A DNA stretch of 64,000 bases. Origin: Octopus vulgaris. Its lineage: Eukaryota. Shown here piece after piece: positions 14,322-27,992 of the stretch; within the stretch, counting starts at the first letter, position 1; each line of letters starts with the position of its first letter. The stretch covers positions 93,620,001-93,684,000 of the forward strand of contig OX597814.1 in the NCBI GenBank assembly GCA_951406725.2. Direction: 5' to 3'. The notes under the pieces were generated by a model. It worked only from the letters and a program-made list of their open reading frames with translations, was not told the DNA's origin and searched no databases. The translations under genes were made by a program, and so were the position numbers.

Positions 14322-17055
14322 ATGTTCTCGGGGAGAACAAAAAGAAAAATATAGAAGAAGGAAAAAAAGCGCACTGACCACTCCTGAAAGACGATTTGCG
14401 GATGTGGTGCGCGGTAACCCAACAAATGGCCAGCTTCCCCCAGATATGGAAAGGGCCGCAGCCGAACAGCAATCTTTTTTGCGCATGGCACAAAACATTT
14501 TTCAGCAGCTGACCTGGCTAGAAGCAAAATAGCTGGAACTACCACCACATAAGGCCACCACCAACAGATGCAGGATGGCCACCACAGACACCAACACCAA
14601 CACACACAAAAATATTTCTAGTGAATGTAGGAGGGCTGCTGCGCGGAAACTGTAAAATAAAAAATCTCATTCCTGAGAGACCTTGTGACATGCAATCAAG
14701 CTATATGCATGGCACTCACAGAAACGCATCTTGAACTCGATATAGGTGATGCAGAAATACACATGCCGCAATATGCAGTCATACGCACAGATAGAAAAGG
14801 GAGGAGCCATGGTGGAGTTGCAATGTACATCCGAGATGACCTCACGCCCCAGGTCCTGCTGTCATATTCAAACTCAGTATGTGAAACTCAAATTGTACAC
14901 ATAAGGCAACTGAATATCGTCATATGCACTACATATCGCCCACCAGATGCCCCAAAACACTCAGGCATGTTTGAAGACTGCCTAAAAAAAATAGGTGAAG
15001 TCCTCACCAACCTTGAACAAGACAACAGTGTATTCTTCATAGGTGACTTTAACCTCCCCAACGTGGAATGGCCTGGGGGGCAGATGCTCCCAGGGATGAC
15101 ACACCATCAGCAGGCACAGGTGGTGTCCCTGCTCCATCTCACAAATGCCTCTTTCATGGAGCAAATAGTTCTGCAACCAACAAGGGCAGATAATATACTG
15201 GATCTCTGCTTCACAAACAATATGGATATTATCCATAATGTTAATGTGATGCCGACAATGATCTCGGATCACAACATAATAGAGCTGTCTATATATGGAA
15301 TAAAAGCTCCCGTAGACACACAGCCTATACGAAGCATCCACCATCTCTCCAACTTAAACTTTCATAAAGCCAACTGGAAGTTGATTGAGAAAGAGATCCT
15401 CAAACAGGATTGGCCTGAATGTCTCTCCACACCGGACATAAACATAAAACACAAACACTTCATGTCCATAATACAAGCCATATGTGACAAATATGTCCCA
15501 GTATGCAGGGCCAGCACACACAAGAACAAAAACAGGATCCCTAGAGAAAGGAGGATTCTTAGGAGACGACGGACAAGGATTGCAAACCGCCTGAGCAAGC
15601 ACCCCAAAAGTGGTGAGAAGTCTCGGCTCGAAAGAATGCTAATGGAAACTGAGAAAAGTCTACATCAGTCCCATGAAAAAGAGAGAGCAGATAAAGAAGC
15701 TTGGGTAATAGAAAAATATTTTTAAAAAAATAGAAAATATAAAATCAAACCCTAAAGCTTTCTTTAAGTTTGCCAAAGAGACAGCCACAGTGCACCAGAG
15801 AATAGGACCTCTCTTTCAAAAAGATGGCTCTCTCACAGGAAGTCCCACGAGGATAAGTGAAATACTGAACGAACAGTTCCAAAGTGTGTTCACTACACCT
15901 CTAGGACACAGGTAAGTAAACAACCCAGAAGAATTCTTTGCCACTTTACCTGCGGCCAAAGAGGCAAAAATTGAGTACATCAACATCGAAGATGATGATA
16001 TCACACTAGCCATAGATGAGATTGACACAAACTCAGCTGCTGGACCTGATGGATTCCCAGCGATCCTTCTCAAATCGTGCAAACGAGCCCTTGCAAAACC
16101 GCTACATCTTCTTTTTCAGAGCTTTCTTGCAAGTGGTAAGCTCCCAGTCAAATTGAAAGATGGGGTAATATGCCCTATCCATAAGGGAGGTAGCAGAGCA
16201 GATGCTAAAAATTATAGGCTTATCTCTCTGACCTCACACATCAGCAAAGTCATGGAACGAATAGTCCGTAAGAAACTAATCATGTACCTTGAAGAAAATG
16301 ACTTACTGTCTGACACCCAGCATGGATTTCGACCAGGTAGAGGCTGCCTAACACAGCTCCTGCAACACTATGACTGGGTGTTGAAACAGCTACTAAATGG
16401 CTCAAATGTGGATGGCTCAAAAGCTTTTGATAAGGTCGACCATGGTATGATCTGTCACAAACTGCGTGGTCTCGGCATAGGCGGAAAACTTGGAGAGTGG
16501 CTGCACAACTTCCTAAAAGACAGAAAACAGGCAGTTGTGAGCAATGGAACCACCTCCAAGGAAACGCAAATAACAAGCGGTGTCCCACAGGGCACTGTCT
16601 TGGGGCCACTGATGTTCATAGTGGCCCTTTCAGACATGCCTTCTGTTGCTATGATGACCACCCTTGCTAGCTATGCAGATGACACAAAAGTCTTCTCACG
16701 CAATACAAAATCCTGAAAATATTGTGCATCTGCAACAGGAGCTGGACACAATATACAGGTGGGCTGAGGACAACAACATGCAGTTTAATGCAGGTAAGTT
16801 CCAGGCCCTGCGCTACTGGCACACAAAGGTAAACGACGTGCAGACTGGATACACTGGCCCAGGAAGAATTGCAATCCCTGAGTCAAAATCAGTGCGTGAC
16901 CTGGGCATTGACATGAGCAATGATGCATCTCTTTCCAAGTGGATATTGCTAATCTGGTGATAAAATGCAGACGGCTAGCTGGATGGATTCTCCGAACTTT
17001 CAGAACAAGAGAGGAGACACTGATGGTCCTATGGAAAACATTCGTCCTCAGCCGT
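14322..17055 (+). mobile_element. CR1-group LINE retrotransposon, 5'- and 3'-truncated, ORF2 (APE endonuclease + RT) disrupted
   Basis: APE motifs LVNVGGL, LTETHL, GGVAMY, YRPP, GDFNLP, LDLCF, SDHN. RT motifs AAGPDG, NYRLISLTS, QHGFRPGR, KAFDKVDH, SGVPQGTVLGP, YADDTK. Frameshifts near 14660, 15720, 16692 and 16930; in-frame TAA near 15913. Confidence 0.93.
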
Positions 17056-17264
17056 TCATGTAATTTGTATTTTTTAAAAAAATTACATGAACATATATAA
17101 ACAGAAGATACAAATATTACAGGCATCCCCCCACATACACACACTAAATAAACATGAACGCACATAGAAATATAAGCATGCGCAAATGAAGACATACAAT
17201 AGAAATACAAAATGGCTGACGGTTAGTAAGGAGAGACACAAATAAGAAAGAAGAAAACAAAGGA

Positions 17265-17304
17265 CCACTGATGCAGTCACAGGAGTGTGACGAAAGAACT
17301 CTGG
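17265..17304 (+). ncRNA. Degenerate hammerhead-like motif
   Basis: CCA-CTGATGC-A-GTCAC-aggagt-GTGAC-GAAAG-aa-CTC-TGG: perfect 5-bp stem II, A9 changed to C. The host segment (~17060-17485) ends at (TA)n. Confidence 0.5.
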
Positions 17305-17484
17305 CCGAAATAAGATTAAGATTAATGTAAAAAATAAATAACACTGAAGCAAAATAACACCAAATATATAGTGCGTGTGTTTTATTGGCTAAACTGGCAA
17401 TATGACTATTCCGAAATATAACATTATCTGTTTCAACACACGACTTCACATAAAAAATCTTGCACAACAAATATTTAAACGTAC

Positions 17485-17518
<34 letters not shown>

Positions 17519-17680
17519 TATATATATCTATATATATATATATGTATGTATATATATATGTATATGTATGTATATATATGTATGTATATGTATGTATATA
17601 TATATGTATATGTATGTATATATACGTATATGTGTATATATATGTATATGTGTATATATATGTATATATATATATGTACG

Positions 17681-17712
<32 letters not shown>

Positions 17713-17729
17713 TACTCACACGCACAATT

Positions 17730-17999
17730 ATCAATTTCATACACAACCGAAAGAGCTAGTAATAATTTCATGCTTTTATGACAGTTGAACAGGCATAATT
17801 ACAAAATACACCATGTATCTCAAAGCAATCTTTCAGGTTGTTTATGTGTCCGTGTTCTCTCTCTATATACATATAACGCATAAACAGAGCCTAAAAGATT
17901 GCTTTGAGATACATGGCGTATTTTATAAATAAGCCAGTTCAAGTATCATAAAAGCATGCAACTATTAGTAGTTCTTCCGGTTGGTTATTAAATTGATAT
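17730..17999. repeat. Long imperfect inverted repeat (~118-bp arms)
   Basis: CCATGTATCTCAAAGCAATCTTT (17811-17833) pairs with AAAGATTGCTTTGAGATACATGG (17894-17916); pairing extends along both arms. Confidence 0.85.
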
Positions 18000-18333
18000 T
18001 TATCTCCCACTGGATGGTGTACCTTATTTGTTGATTCTACCTCTAATAGATCTATAAGCGATCTCTCTCTCTCTTTTCCCCTCTCTCTCTTTCCCCATCT
18101 CTCTCTCGATATATATATATATGTTTTGTGTGTGGCTGATAATATGTGAGCTGAACGATTATATAGGAACCCTATCAGTGTCTCAATCGTAATGGCAACT
18201 GCGCATCAGTTGCGTCGGTAGCCAATCTGCTTCGGGAGATATCGTGGGAGCGCTGAAGTTTATAATAAATATGAAATATATATTTTAGTTTTAAGTGAAA
18301 TAATTCTATGGTGATTAGTGGATACGATATGTA

Positions 18334-18411
<78 letters not shown>

Positions 18412-18414
18412 GAT

Positions 18415-19095
18415 ATATAGGTGGTCTGATCAATAAGTTTCTAGAATGCTGTTATAGTAACGAAGCGAAAGCACGCAGAGTAAAACTGCTTGGCGTAGAT
18501 CGACTCTGTTGTGCATGCGCGCTAAGTTTTAACGTTTTAGCTCTCTTCCGCTGTTAACAGCAGTGCTTGAAAGGAAAGTGTGTAGTGTGTGATCGTCGCA
18601 TTGACCATGACAGAGAAAGTTGAACAGAGAATCCGCATCAAATTTTGACGAAAGCTTGGTCGTTCATGCTCAGAGGCCTACACAAAGTTTTCAAAACGTT
18701 TTCACCGTTCTCGACACAATCGAAGAGATTTTGTGCAACTGGAATCCGTGTGTCCTTTTGGTTAGCTGAAAGCAGTTTTAGCATAAACTTGGCAGACACG
18801 CATCTTATACCCAAATTTTCAGTGATAATGGACTGAACCGTAACTAATCTGAACATCCTCTGATCACACATGGATGGTGGATAGATGATTTCGCTTCACA
18901 GCTGCATGCACATCTACGATGTTTTCCTCAGTTATGCTGGTTGCGGGTCTCCCAGAACATTCGTCATTTTATCGTAGACTTATGTGCGGCTCGTACACTC
19001 CCTTCCATACACTTTCTGCAACTCTGCATAGGCCTCTGAGCAGGTATCACCATGACAACTTTCTCTCCCATGGTTAATGCGACGGTCACACAACT
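18415..19095. mobile_element. Two mariner 5' fragments fused in inverted orientation
   Basis: Plus strand from 18608: MTEKVEQRIRIKF*RKLGRSCSEAYTK. Minus strand: SGRPATSITEENIVDVHAAV...LGIRCVSAKFMLKLLSANQK (mariner HTH plus WVP-equivalent region). Confidence 0.8.
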
Positions 19096-19488
19096 AAGTG
19101 CTGATTAACCTGGTACCGGTTTGGAGATTTAGCGCCAAATCGGTGCCCAATTTATCCCCAACCAAAATTTGCCAGTTAAATTACTACTAACATTCTCCCC
19201 CACCATGACTGCAAAAGTTCGATTGAAGTACTATAGCAACAAAGGAAACTTTTTCCCATCGTGTCAGTAATAGGTTTGTGACTATTCGGTGATACAGAAG
19301 TATTTTTTGGCTTCTATTTTTAGCGATATAGGTACTCATGTAGTACCCTTGTGTATATACATATCGTATATGTACATATCTAATATTGTATATATAAATT
19401 TTATGCATACATACATAGATACATAGATAAATATATACATAGATACATAGATACATACATACATACATACATACTTACATACATACAT

Positions 19489-19755
19489 TTAAAGTGGGGG
19501 GAAACCAGTTTATGGGATTACTCTGAGTTTCCCGTCCTTAAAGTGTTTAATTTTATGGCGTATCGTCAGACTCGAAAACATGCTGGGCTAAGACCTACCC
19601 TATTGTTTACCTTTGTAGCGAGGCTTCCCTCACGCCATATTCTGAAGAGGTCTCAGGCCAACAGGTTTTGGGATCTGACGATACGCCATAAAACTAAATA
19701 TTCTATGGACGGGAAACCCAGGGCAATCTCATAAACCGGCCTTCCCCACTTTTAA
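19489..19755. mobile_element. Foldback MITE with ~108-bp TIRs and TTAA-like ends
   Basis: 19489-19596 aligns to the reverse complement of 19648-19755 (e.g. TTTTATGGCGTATCGTCAGA / TCTGACGATACGCCATAAAA), with a ~50-bp spacer. Confidence 0.85.
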
Positions 19756-19806
19756 TGTACACTGCCCTACATCTTAGAGTGTACTTCGCATTTATGTTTT
19801 TCTACA

Positions 19807-20382
<576 letters not shown>

Positions 20383-21051
20383 CATATTACTACTCCTACT
20401 ATCACCACATATTTTGACCGATATTTCTGTTGAGACATGGAATCAGAAATGTGAGTTGGCGTACCACATATGTACGGTCAGTCTGCGCTTGACAGTCTAA
20501 GCTTCTTTTCCTCAGCTCGAATATCTGTTCTGCCTTCTTGATTTTTTTTCTTTCTTTTGTATCAATTAGTAATTACGCGTCACATATTCGCTCATGTCTG
20601 TGCCATCTGTACTACCAGTTTCTTAACTCCTCCTAGCTGCATTTCAGAGTGCAGCTTCTCACACCAAAGTCAATATATTGAAAGGCTGCTACTGCAGCGT
20701 CTATGTCAGAGTCTCCTGCTGCCACACTAACGCCGATTCTTCCATGAAATAATGTGAATACAGCATAGCACCTTATGTGTTATACAGTGTCCTTCTCTCA
20801 AATGTTTGCTCGCACACGTTTTAGTTCCTTTTGTGACTTACTCGTTTACCCATTAATTCACACTTTCATTTATCAACCAACTCAACATTATTCTTCCACT
20901 CACTCAGAAACTCATTCACTCTCTTGCTGATTCATCCTCTTATTTTACCTACTTTTTTTTAAATAAAAAATTACTGATTCACTCACTCATTCACAGAGTC
21001 GCTCACAAAATCACTCATTAATTCCAGTCATTCGTTCATCTCTTCATTCTT

Positions 21052-21107
<56 letters not shown>

Positions 21108-22313
21108 TCTCTCTCTCACACACACACACGCACACGCACTCTTATATTTTTGTTTTCTTAGACAACTCTCTTTTCAGATTTTTTTTTAACGTTCGCCTAG
21201 TCGTTTATCTCCTTTTATATTCCCTCACAATATATATATATTCACCTACCGCTGATATATACACACACACATAGATTTGTGTGTCTGTGTATACGTACAC
21301 ACACACACACACACACACACAGACATACTTACAAATATACACGCACGCACACACACACACACTCACTCACACGCAAACATATATGCACACACATAACTGT
21401 TTTTGTTCTGATATTTTTCTTTGTTTTTCGTTATTTATACACTTTTTTTGGTCTTGCCCTTTTTCCTTGTATTTCTTCCCAATTCTCTTTTCCTCCTTCC
21501 GTTCCCCATTTACCCTTCTCACTATCTCACTCGTTCGCTATGTTTATCTCTTTTAGACTTGTTTTCTCCTTGGCGCTAATTTTGTTCTATCCTCTTTTTC
21601 TTCTATTCTTCCATCGCTTATTCACTCCGTCTTTCTCATCCTTCTTTCTTTCATTCTTTGAAACATTCAATTTCTCAAATACCAACCAAGTCCTTCATTC
21701 TAAGAACTGCTATAATCTAGCATTACCCTTTTATGGTTTTGTTTTTGTCTCGCTTTATTGTTTTCTTTTCGTTGCTTGTTGTGTCCTACCATTTTGTTAA
21801 TTAAGTACTTGGATATCATCTTACCAAGCTGATGCAGCACAATTAATCCGGATTATCACTGGATTTCTTATTAAACTGCCTATGTGTTTCATATAGACAG
21901 CGATGTATAGATTTTCAAATTGTGCCTCAAAAGCGTTGATGTCACTTGTCTGCGAGAACCTGCAAAGGTTAAAGGTAGTACCCATCCTTTTTTTAGTAAA
22001 TTCCCTCATTCTGAATTAAAAAATAACAGTAAAATCCGTCTACATCCTTTCCTATTCTTTCATTATCTCATCCATTATGCTTCACCATTTCATTGCGTAG
22101 TTCAAATCCAGCTGTTGCCCACGCTGTCTTTTATCAATATCTGCGTGGATTAAAGAAATATGTACCAGGAATATACTAGGTTGTGATGACGGTTCAGTCT
22201 AATGTCTCTAAAATCTAAAAAGACTTTGGGCCTCAAAAATATTATTTGGTTTCTGCTTATGCCACTCCTCTGATTTTTCTGTTTTATCTCTTCTTGTGTT
22301 TTCCAAATGTTAA

Positions 22314-22344
<31 letters not shown>

Positions 22345-23714
22345 TACACACACACACAGGGCGAGAGAGAGGAGAGAGAGTGAGAGAGAAGAGAGAGCGA
22401 GAGAGAGCATACTTACACACATGCACACAAAATTAGAGAGACACACACTCTCTCTCTTACATATAGATGTTTCCAATACGTGTTTCTTTTCCTCTTTGCT
22501 TTATACGACGGTATGGCTGTATGATTGAGAAGTTTGTTTCACAGTAACAAGTTCAGGGTTTGTTTTCACTGCATGACATCTCAAATATGTCTTCTACCGA
22601 GGCTCTGTTTCCCTCAATGCATCTGTGTGAAAATGGTCAGAGCGAAAATGTATGGAAGTCCCCTTGATGGACTACATTTCCTCTTGACCTTTACTCGATT
22701 TAACATAACAATGTTCGTAATCATTTGGGCCAAAACTCCAGTGTAAAGATAACCAATGGACGTTATTCATTTTGCTTCCTTTATTTGCAGGGTCCCTTCG
22801 GAATATCCAAAGACACAAGCTTTCCTCTTATGGCTCATCTATAAAACTGTATTTTCTAGTTTAAGTGCTGATAAATTCACTAACAGCACAAAAGGATCCA
22901 ACGTCTTAAGAAAGAGTAAATGAACTATCAGCTAGAAATTGCAACCAGATCTTTAAATCACACCTTTCCCCCTTTAGAAAATTCAGATATCAGATAAAGC
23001 AATCTCAAATACACTGAAGAGAAAAAGAAAGAATAGACACGACTGGAATACATTTAATCAGGGTTAACCGAGGAAGTGGCACCAATTGTAACAGCATAAC
23101 CTATTAAGGACGAAATTATCCAGATGCTGTTCCTATAATAGTATCCTTTACTGAATCATACTGAGATTAGAAATAGTTGCTAAAAAGATTACTTCACCTC
23201 TGTTTCAATCCACGACATCACAAATCACATGCGTCCTTAAGGTTTTCATGTTTGTATATTGTTACATATAATGATACGGATTTTCCTTCTTGAAATCATT
23301 TAACCAGTCTTATCACATGGAAGAATTACGCGTTTAGAGAACTAAGTCAAAGAGTCGGTCTTGATTTCTGATTGATGGTAACTTAACTTTCATTGATTAC
23401 ATTACTAATTAGGTATTCTTGTGACTAAGATGTAAGTCTATTAACAGTGCTGCAATGCATGTACAACTGGAGTGCATTCATTGTGTGCTACACATTTACA
23501 GTAATGTACTTATTGGAAGGCTGTGGATCACTAGTGCTCTGTCTTTCTTACGCCAACTATTGTCTCACTCACAAACACCACACTATCATGTTTTCCCCCT
23601 AAGCATTGGTTTATATTAAGCTGAACATAAAGCACATTAATTTCATTAGTTTAATCTTACAAAAGGTTCCGGTACGAGTCTTCCCTGGGTTAGTAAATAT
23701 TTGTTTAAATTATG

Positions 23715-23912
23715 AAATTTTGGCTCAAGGCCATCAATTTTAGAAAGAGAGTGTTAGTCAATTACCTCTGCTGGTATTTCTTTTATCGTCCTTGAAAAGA
23801 CGATAGTCAAAGTCGACCTCACCAAAATTTGAACTTAAAACATAATGAACTGCAAGAAATGTTGCTAAGCATTTTATCCAATGGGTTAATAATTCAATCA
23901 GCTCGTCGCCTT
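23715..23912 (-). mobile_element. Family-A SINE, diverged
   Basis: CAGCTCGTCGCCTT and CAAAGTCGACCTC are reverse complements of the head and core. Further diverged copies lie near 24255-24410(-), 51600-51760(-), 53795-54010(+) and 54470-54640(-). Confidence 0.7.
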
Positions 23913-24921
23913 AGGATGACTAAATAATAAGGAAAAGACATCATATTTTTTTACAATTAGAAAGTTAAGTGGATTAGCCCCAGATTTAATCCAGCGTTGT
24001 AGTAGTTCATTTGCAAAATATGAATTTTTGAGATTCGTCTTTAAATTGAAAATCAACTGTTTGATTCCAAAAACTTACAAGGAACACAAAATAAAACAGG
24101 AAAATTATCTCTAGTAGATTATCAAACTATTTTTCGAATAGCTAGTTTTTCACTATAAGTTCTATGAAATAAGCCCATTCAGAGATTCGGAAATACTAAA
24201 TTATAACACTTTCTGACGTTCGCTTGGCCATATATTAAGAGTAAATGATGTTGTCGTTTTAATCGACCCAAGTACTTGAATGGAATTTATGTCATGGATC
24301 CCAGAAAGGTGAAATGACAAACGCCTCGCTCGCAACATTAAAACTCTGAACGTGGAGTGATGTTACTGAATACCATAAGGCATTTTTTCTTTTGTTCATC
24401 ACTCTGCCTGTTCTGCTTAGCCAGCGCTCTGAGCTCAATAGTAACAACATCAACAGCTGGTCATTATTTCATCATTCCCTGAAAGCTGAAATGAAAAATT
24501 GACGAATTATGAATGATAAAGTTTAGTTGTTGAACAGCTGATTTATTTCTACAACATCCAGATTAAGAACACATTAAATTTCAATATAATTCCCCACCCC
24601 GTAACACGCCACTCAATAATTCTTCTTTATATGGTGTGTTATGAGCAAATTACCCTTCTAACTAATGGAGCAGGTTCGAATTAATAGCCATAAAGATTGT
24701 GCTTTTTAAAGAAAGAAGAAAAACTAAATGTGGAAGTTTGTGACATATTTTCGCAAGTGCTAAAGCTATAAAAAATAAAATAAAATAGTCTAAAATAACA
24801 ATAAATGTGGGTTCCGAACCCAGCCTACTGGGAACTTTACTCTCGGTAACTCGTTTAAATTGAGTAATTATTTGAAAACGTTAGTTTCTAAACAGATATT
24901 GCAATTTTTAAAGTGAATATC

Positions 24922-24954
<33 letters not shown>

Positions 24955-24966
24955 CAACAACAACAA

Positions 24967-25050
<84 letters not shown>

Positions 25051-25623
25051 TTAGAATCTTAAGAATTCTGAAATGTGCAGTTGACAATCGATAATAAAAA
25101 AATTGACGTCATTACACTACGAAAATTGCTGGAAATTGGTAAAATATCTGTCAAAATCGGCGACAAAAATAATTTCTGTGTAAAAAACGAAGAGTAAAAC
25201 TTTAATATTGAAAGGCTAGTCAACAATTCTCTTTTCCAATTATCTAGAATCCCTTGTATTTAATTTTTTTCTTTCTCTTACTTTCATTCTTTTTTTTTCT
25301 CTTTTCTTTCATTCTTATCTATTTATCTATCTCGCTTGCTATTTTAATGCGTAATTTTTTTATTTCTAGATATGCTTTTATTTTCCCCTTTTTTCTCTTA
25401 TTTTTTGCGTAATTACCTTTTCTCCATTCTTGTTATTCCTACTAAATTTTTCTCCTTTTCTGTTGTAGCACATTGAGATAATTTACTCGTCTCATATTTC
25501 ATTTAGTTCTGTTATTCTATCATCTTTCGACTATTTTCGATATCTTACTTCTAGGACACACATACATGATCTGAGGTACACAACCTTTTTACTCTTTCTC
25601 TCTCACTCATATTATTCACATAC

Positions 25624-25659
<36 letters not shown>

Positions 25660-26039
25660 CTTTCTCAGTTAAATTTACTGGACTGTGTAACTTTTGTTGA
25701 TGTTTTGCGACATGTCCCCTTAGACTACCCCTATTGACATCCCAAACGCTGCAGGTTTTTAACATCAGTGGTTTTCGCAGTGTCATCATAATTATTCGAT
25801 GATCGCTACAGTTTAACGGTAAATCATGGCAAGGCACGTGTACATTCGAGCTGTGGTTCCTCTGTTTGAATTTTAATTACGGTTTATCTGAAATAAGTTT
25901 TAGAAAATACTTTTCCATTATCTCCTGCTTCTCACTAAGTAATCCGTACATAATTCATAGATTTTTATGCTAGCTAGAAGTTATAATAATTTCTAGCATT
26001 TACCTAAGCAATAATATTTATGTAGAACGAGATAACATT

Positions 26040-26160
26040 GAATCCTCAGTTCCACTGCGCAGTACTTTTGACAAGTATCTACTTCTACGATAGAACCGGC
26101 CGATCAAAGCCTTGTGAATGGATTTGGTAGATGGAAAGCTTGTGGAAGTCCATCGTGTAT
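26040..26160 (+). mobile_element. Family-B SINE fragment
   Basis: CAAAGCCTTGTGAATGGATTTGGTAGATGGAAA matches 6486-6520. Confidence 0.75.
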
Positions 26161-26224
26161 GTATATGTGTTTGTGTGTGTATATGTGTATATGTGTGTAT
26201 TTGTTATGTGGATGTGCGCATGTG

Positions 26225-26390
26225 AAGACGCGTAGCCTTGTGAATATGGTGGTGCTCTCACGATCATACGATCGTAGTTTCTATTGTCATGCCGAACGGC
26301 GTATTCATTTCACGTTGCTCCTATTAACTCAGCTTTAAATGTGTACCCCTGCAATGGACTGGCATCCCGCACAAGGGGAATGTTGGCCCT
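26225..26390 (+). mobile_element. Old SINE with V-domain-like motif; related degenerate copy at ~56775-56920
   Basis: TTCATTTCACGTTGCTCC...CTCAGCT..AAATG..TACCCCTGCAATGGACTGGCATCCCG.ACAAGGGG. Confidence 0.45.
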
Positions 26391-26687
26391 TCATTTTAGC
26401 CAGTAAAGTGGCATCATTTGAAAACTACAACAATGTGACCATGGGTGTGCAACATCTGTTAGTCTATTCACTGCAGTTACACACACACACACACACTCAC
26501 ATGATAATTCAGTTAGGTGTTAAAGAGCCACCTAAGGGATATTAAATATCCAAAAGAACTTAGTGGTTATTTAACTAGATTTGTCATTTGTATAGAAATA
26601 ATAAAATTGAATTGAATTTATCATTTAATAATTAAATTACTTAATTATTAAATTTTATAATTCTATTATTTCGTTTCCATTTCTAAG

Positions 26688-26746
<59 letters not shown>

Positions 26747-26748
<2 letters not shown>

Positions 26749-27300
26749 TGATTCCAAATTTACAGGGAAAAATTCAATTTAGCAATGCTAAATCAAATTT
26801 CACAATGTATAATACATGTATATAAATTAGAGAAGAACCACCATGAAGCAATTCAACAAAGATATACTTAAATCATCCGATATAGAAAAAAGAAATTAAA
26901 GATACGATAACACATTTATCTAAAACTAAATAAAGCACTGAATAATAAATAAATAGTATATAATTAGTAAATAGACTACACGTGTTTCGTGGCTATATTT
27001 TCAAATTGATAACAATAAAATCAATTTAATTTAAATATAGTCACTCCTCAAGTCTTAGATTAAAAACAATAAAATAATTAAATAAATGTACATATAATAT
27101 CTTATAAGAAAAGATATATAAAATATATATATGAAAAATATGTAATTTTACAATAAAAAATCGAGCAAAATTCAACAATATATCTTAAAATAAAAACATG
27201 ACTTATCTTATTGAATATATTCTGTTAACTAAATCTTTAAACTTAATACGTAGGACTTAGTGTTTATAATAAATTTATCTCGTTAAAAACGTGGTGTAAA
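26747..27300 (-). mobile_element. PLE-type terminal repeat (pLTR) with hammerhead, abutting (TAA)n
   Basis: Shares terminal sequence CCAAA(C/T)TTACAGGGAAAAATT..ATTTAG..CTAAATCAAATTTC with 5001-5065 and (inverted) 37826-37885. Contains the hammerhead motif at 26973-27054. Segment 27146-27260 is directly repeated at 28052-28161. Confidence 0.65.
26973..27054 (-). ncRNA. Hammerhead ribozyme-like motif with long stem II
   Basis: Minus strand: AGAC-TTGAGGA-GTGACTATATTT...AAATATAGCCAC-GAAAC-acgt-GTA-GTCT. Stem III is the palindrome ACACGTGT; C3 is changed to U. Confidence 0.65.
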
Positions 27301-27850
27301 TAAAAATAGAATAAATAGAAATATTTATTTTATCTATGAAAATATATTTTAGCTTAAAGAAGAAAATAACAAACTGTAGTATATCATTACTGGAAAATTA
27401 CAGTACAAGTAATTAAAACAAAATGTATAAAACAAAATATTTAAAATACATTATATACATTGAGTGAAGCTAAATTACTATAATTCAATCTATATCCATT
27501 AAATTATTTATTTATGTATTTATTTAATAAACATCTCAGTTTAATCTTATTCTAATTATGTAATATATACTAAAAACTTCATGCTAACTTATATACATAA
27601 TACTACTACAAACTATAACTACAAGAAATATAGAAAAATGATTCAAATATATACACACAAATTAGTTAAACTTATGATATAATTAATTCAATTTATGTAT
27701 AGATTTAATATTTCATTCATTTATAGAATTAACCAGTTTCTATTATTATCAAAAATATTTACTTAAATGCAATATTACATAACAAATAAAAAATTACTAC
27801 CTATTCGATAAGATTTCGTCTTACAAAACTATTTCCCAATGTAAATTATA

Positions 27851-27932
27851 TGTAATACGTTAAGATTATAGTTCACAAGATAATAACAATATGTTATATT
27901 GTAATACGTTAAGATTATAGTTCACAAGGTAA

Positions 27933-27940
<8 letters not shown>
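27851..27940. repeat. 49-bp-period tandem duplication
   Basis: TGTAATACGTTAAGATTATAGTTCACAAG at 27851 and 27900. Confidence 0.85.
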
Positions 27941-27992
<52 letters not shown>

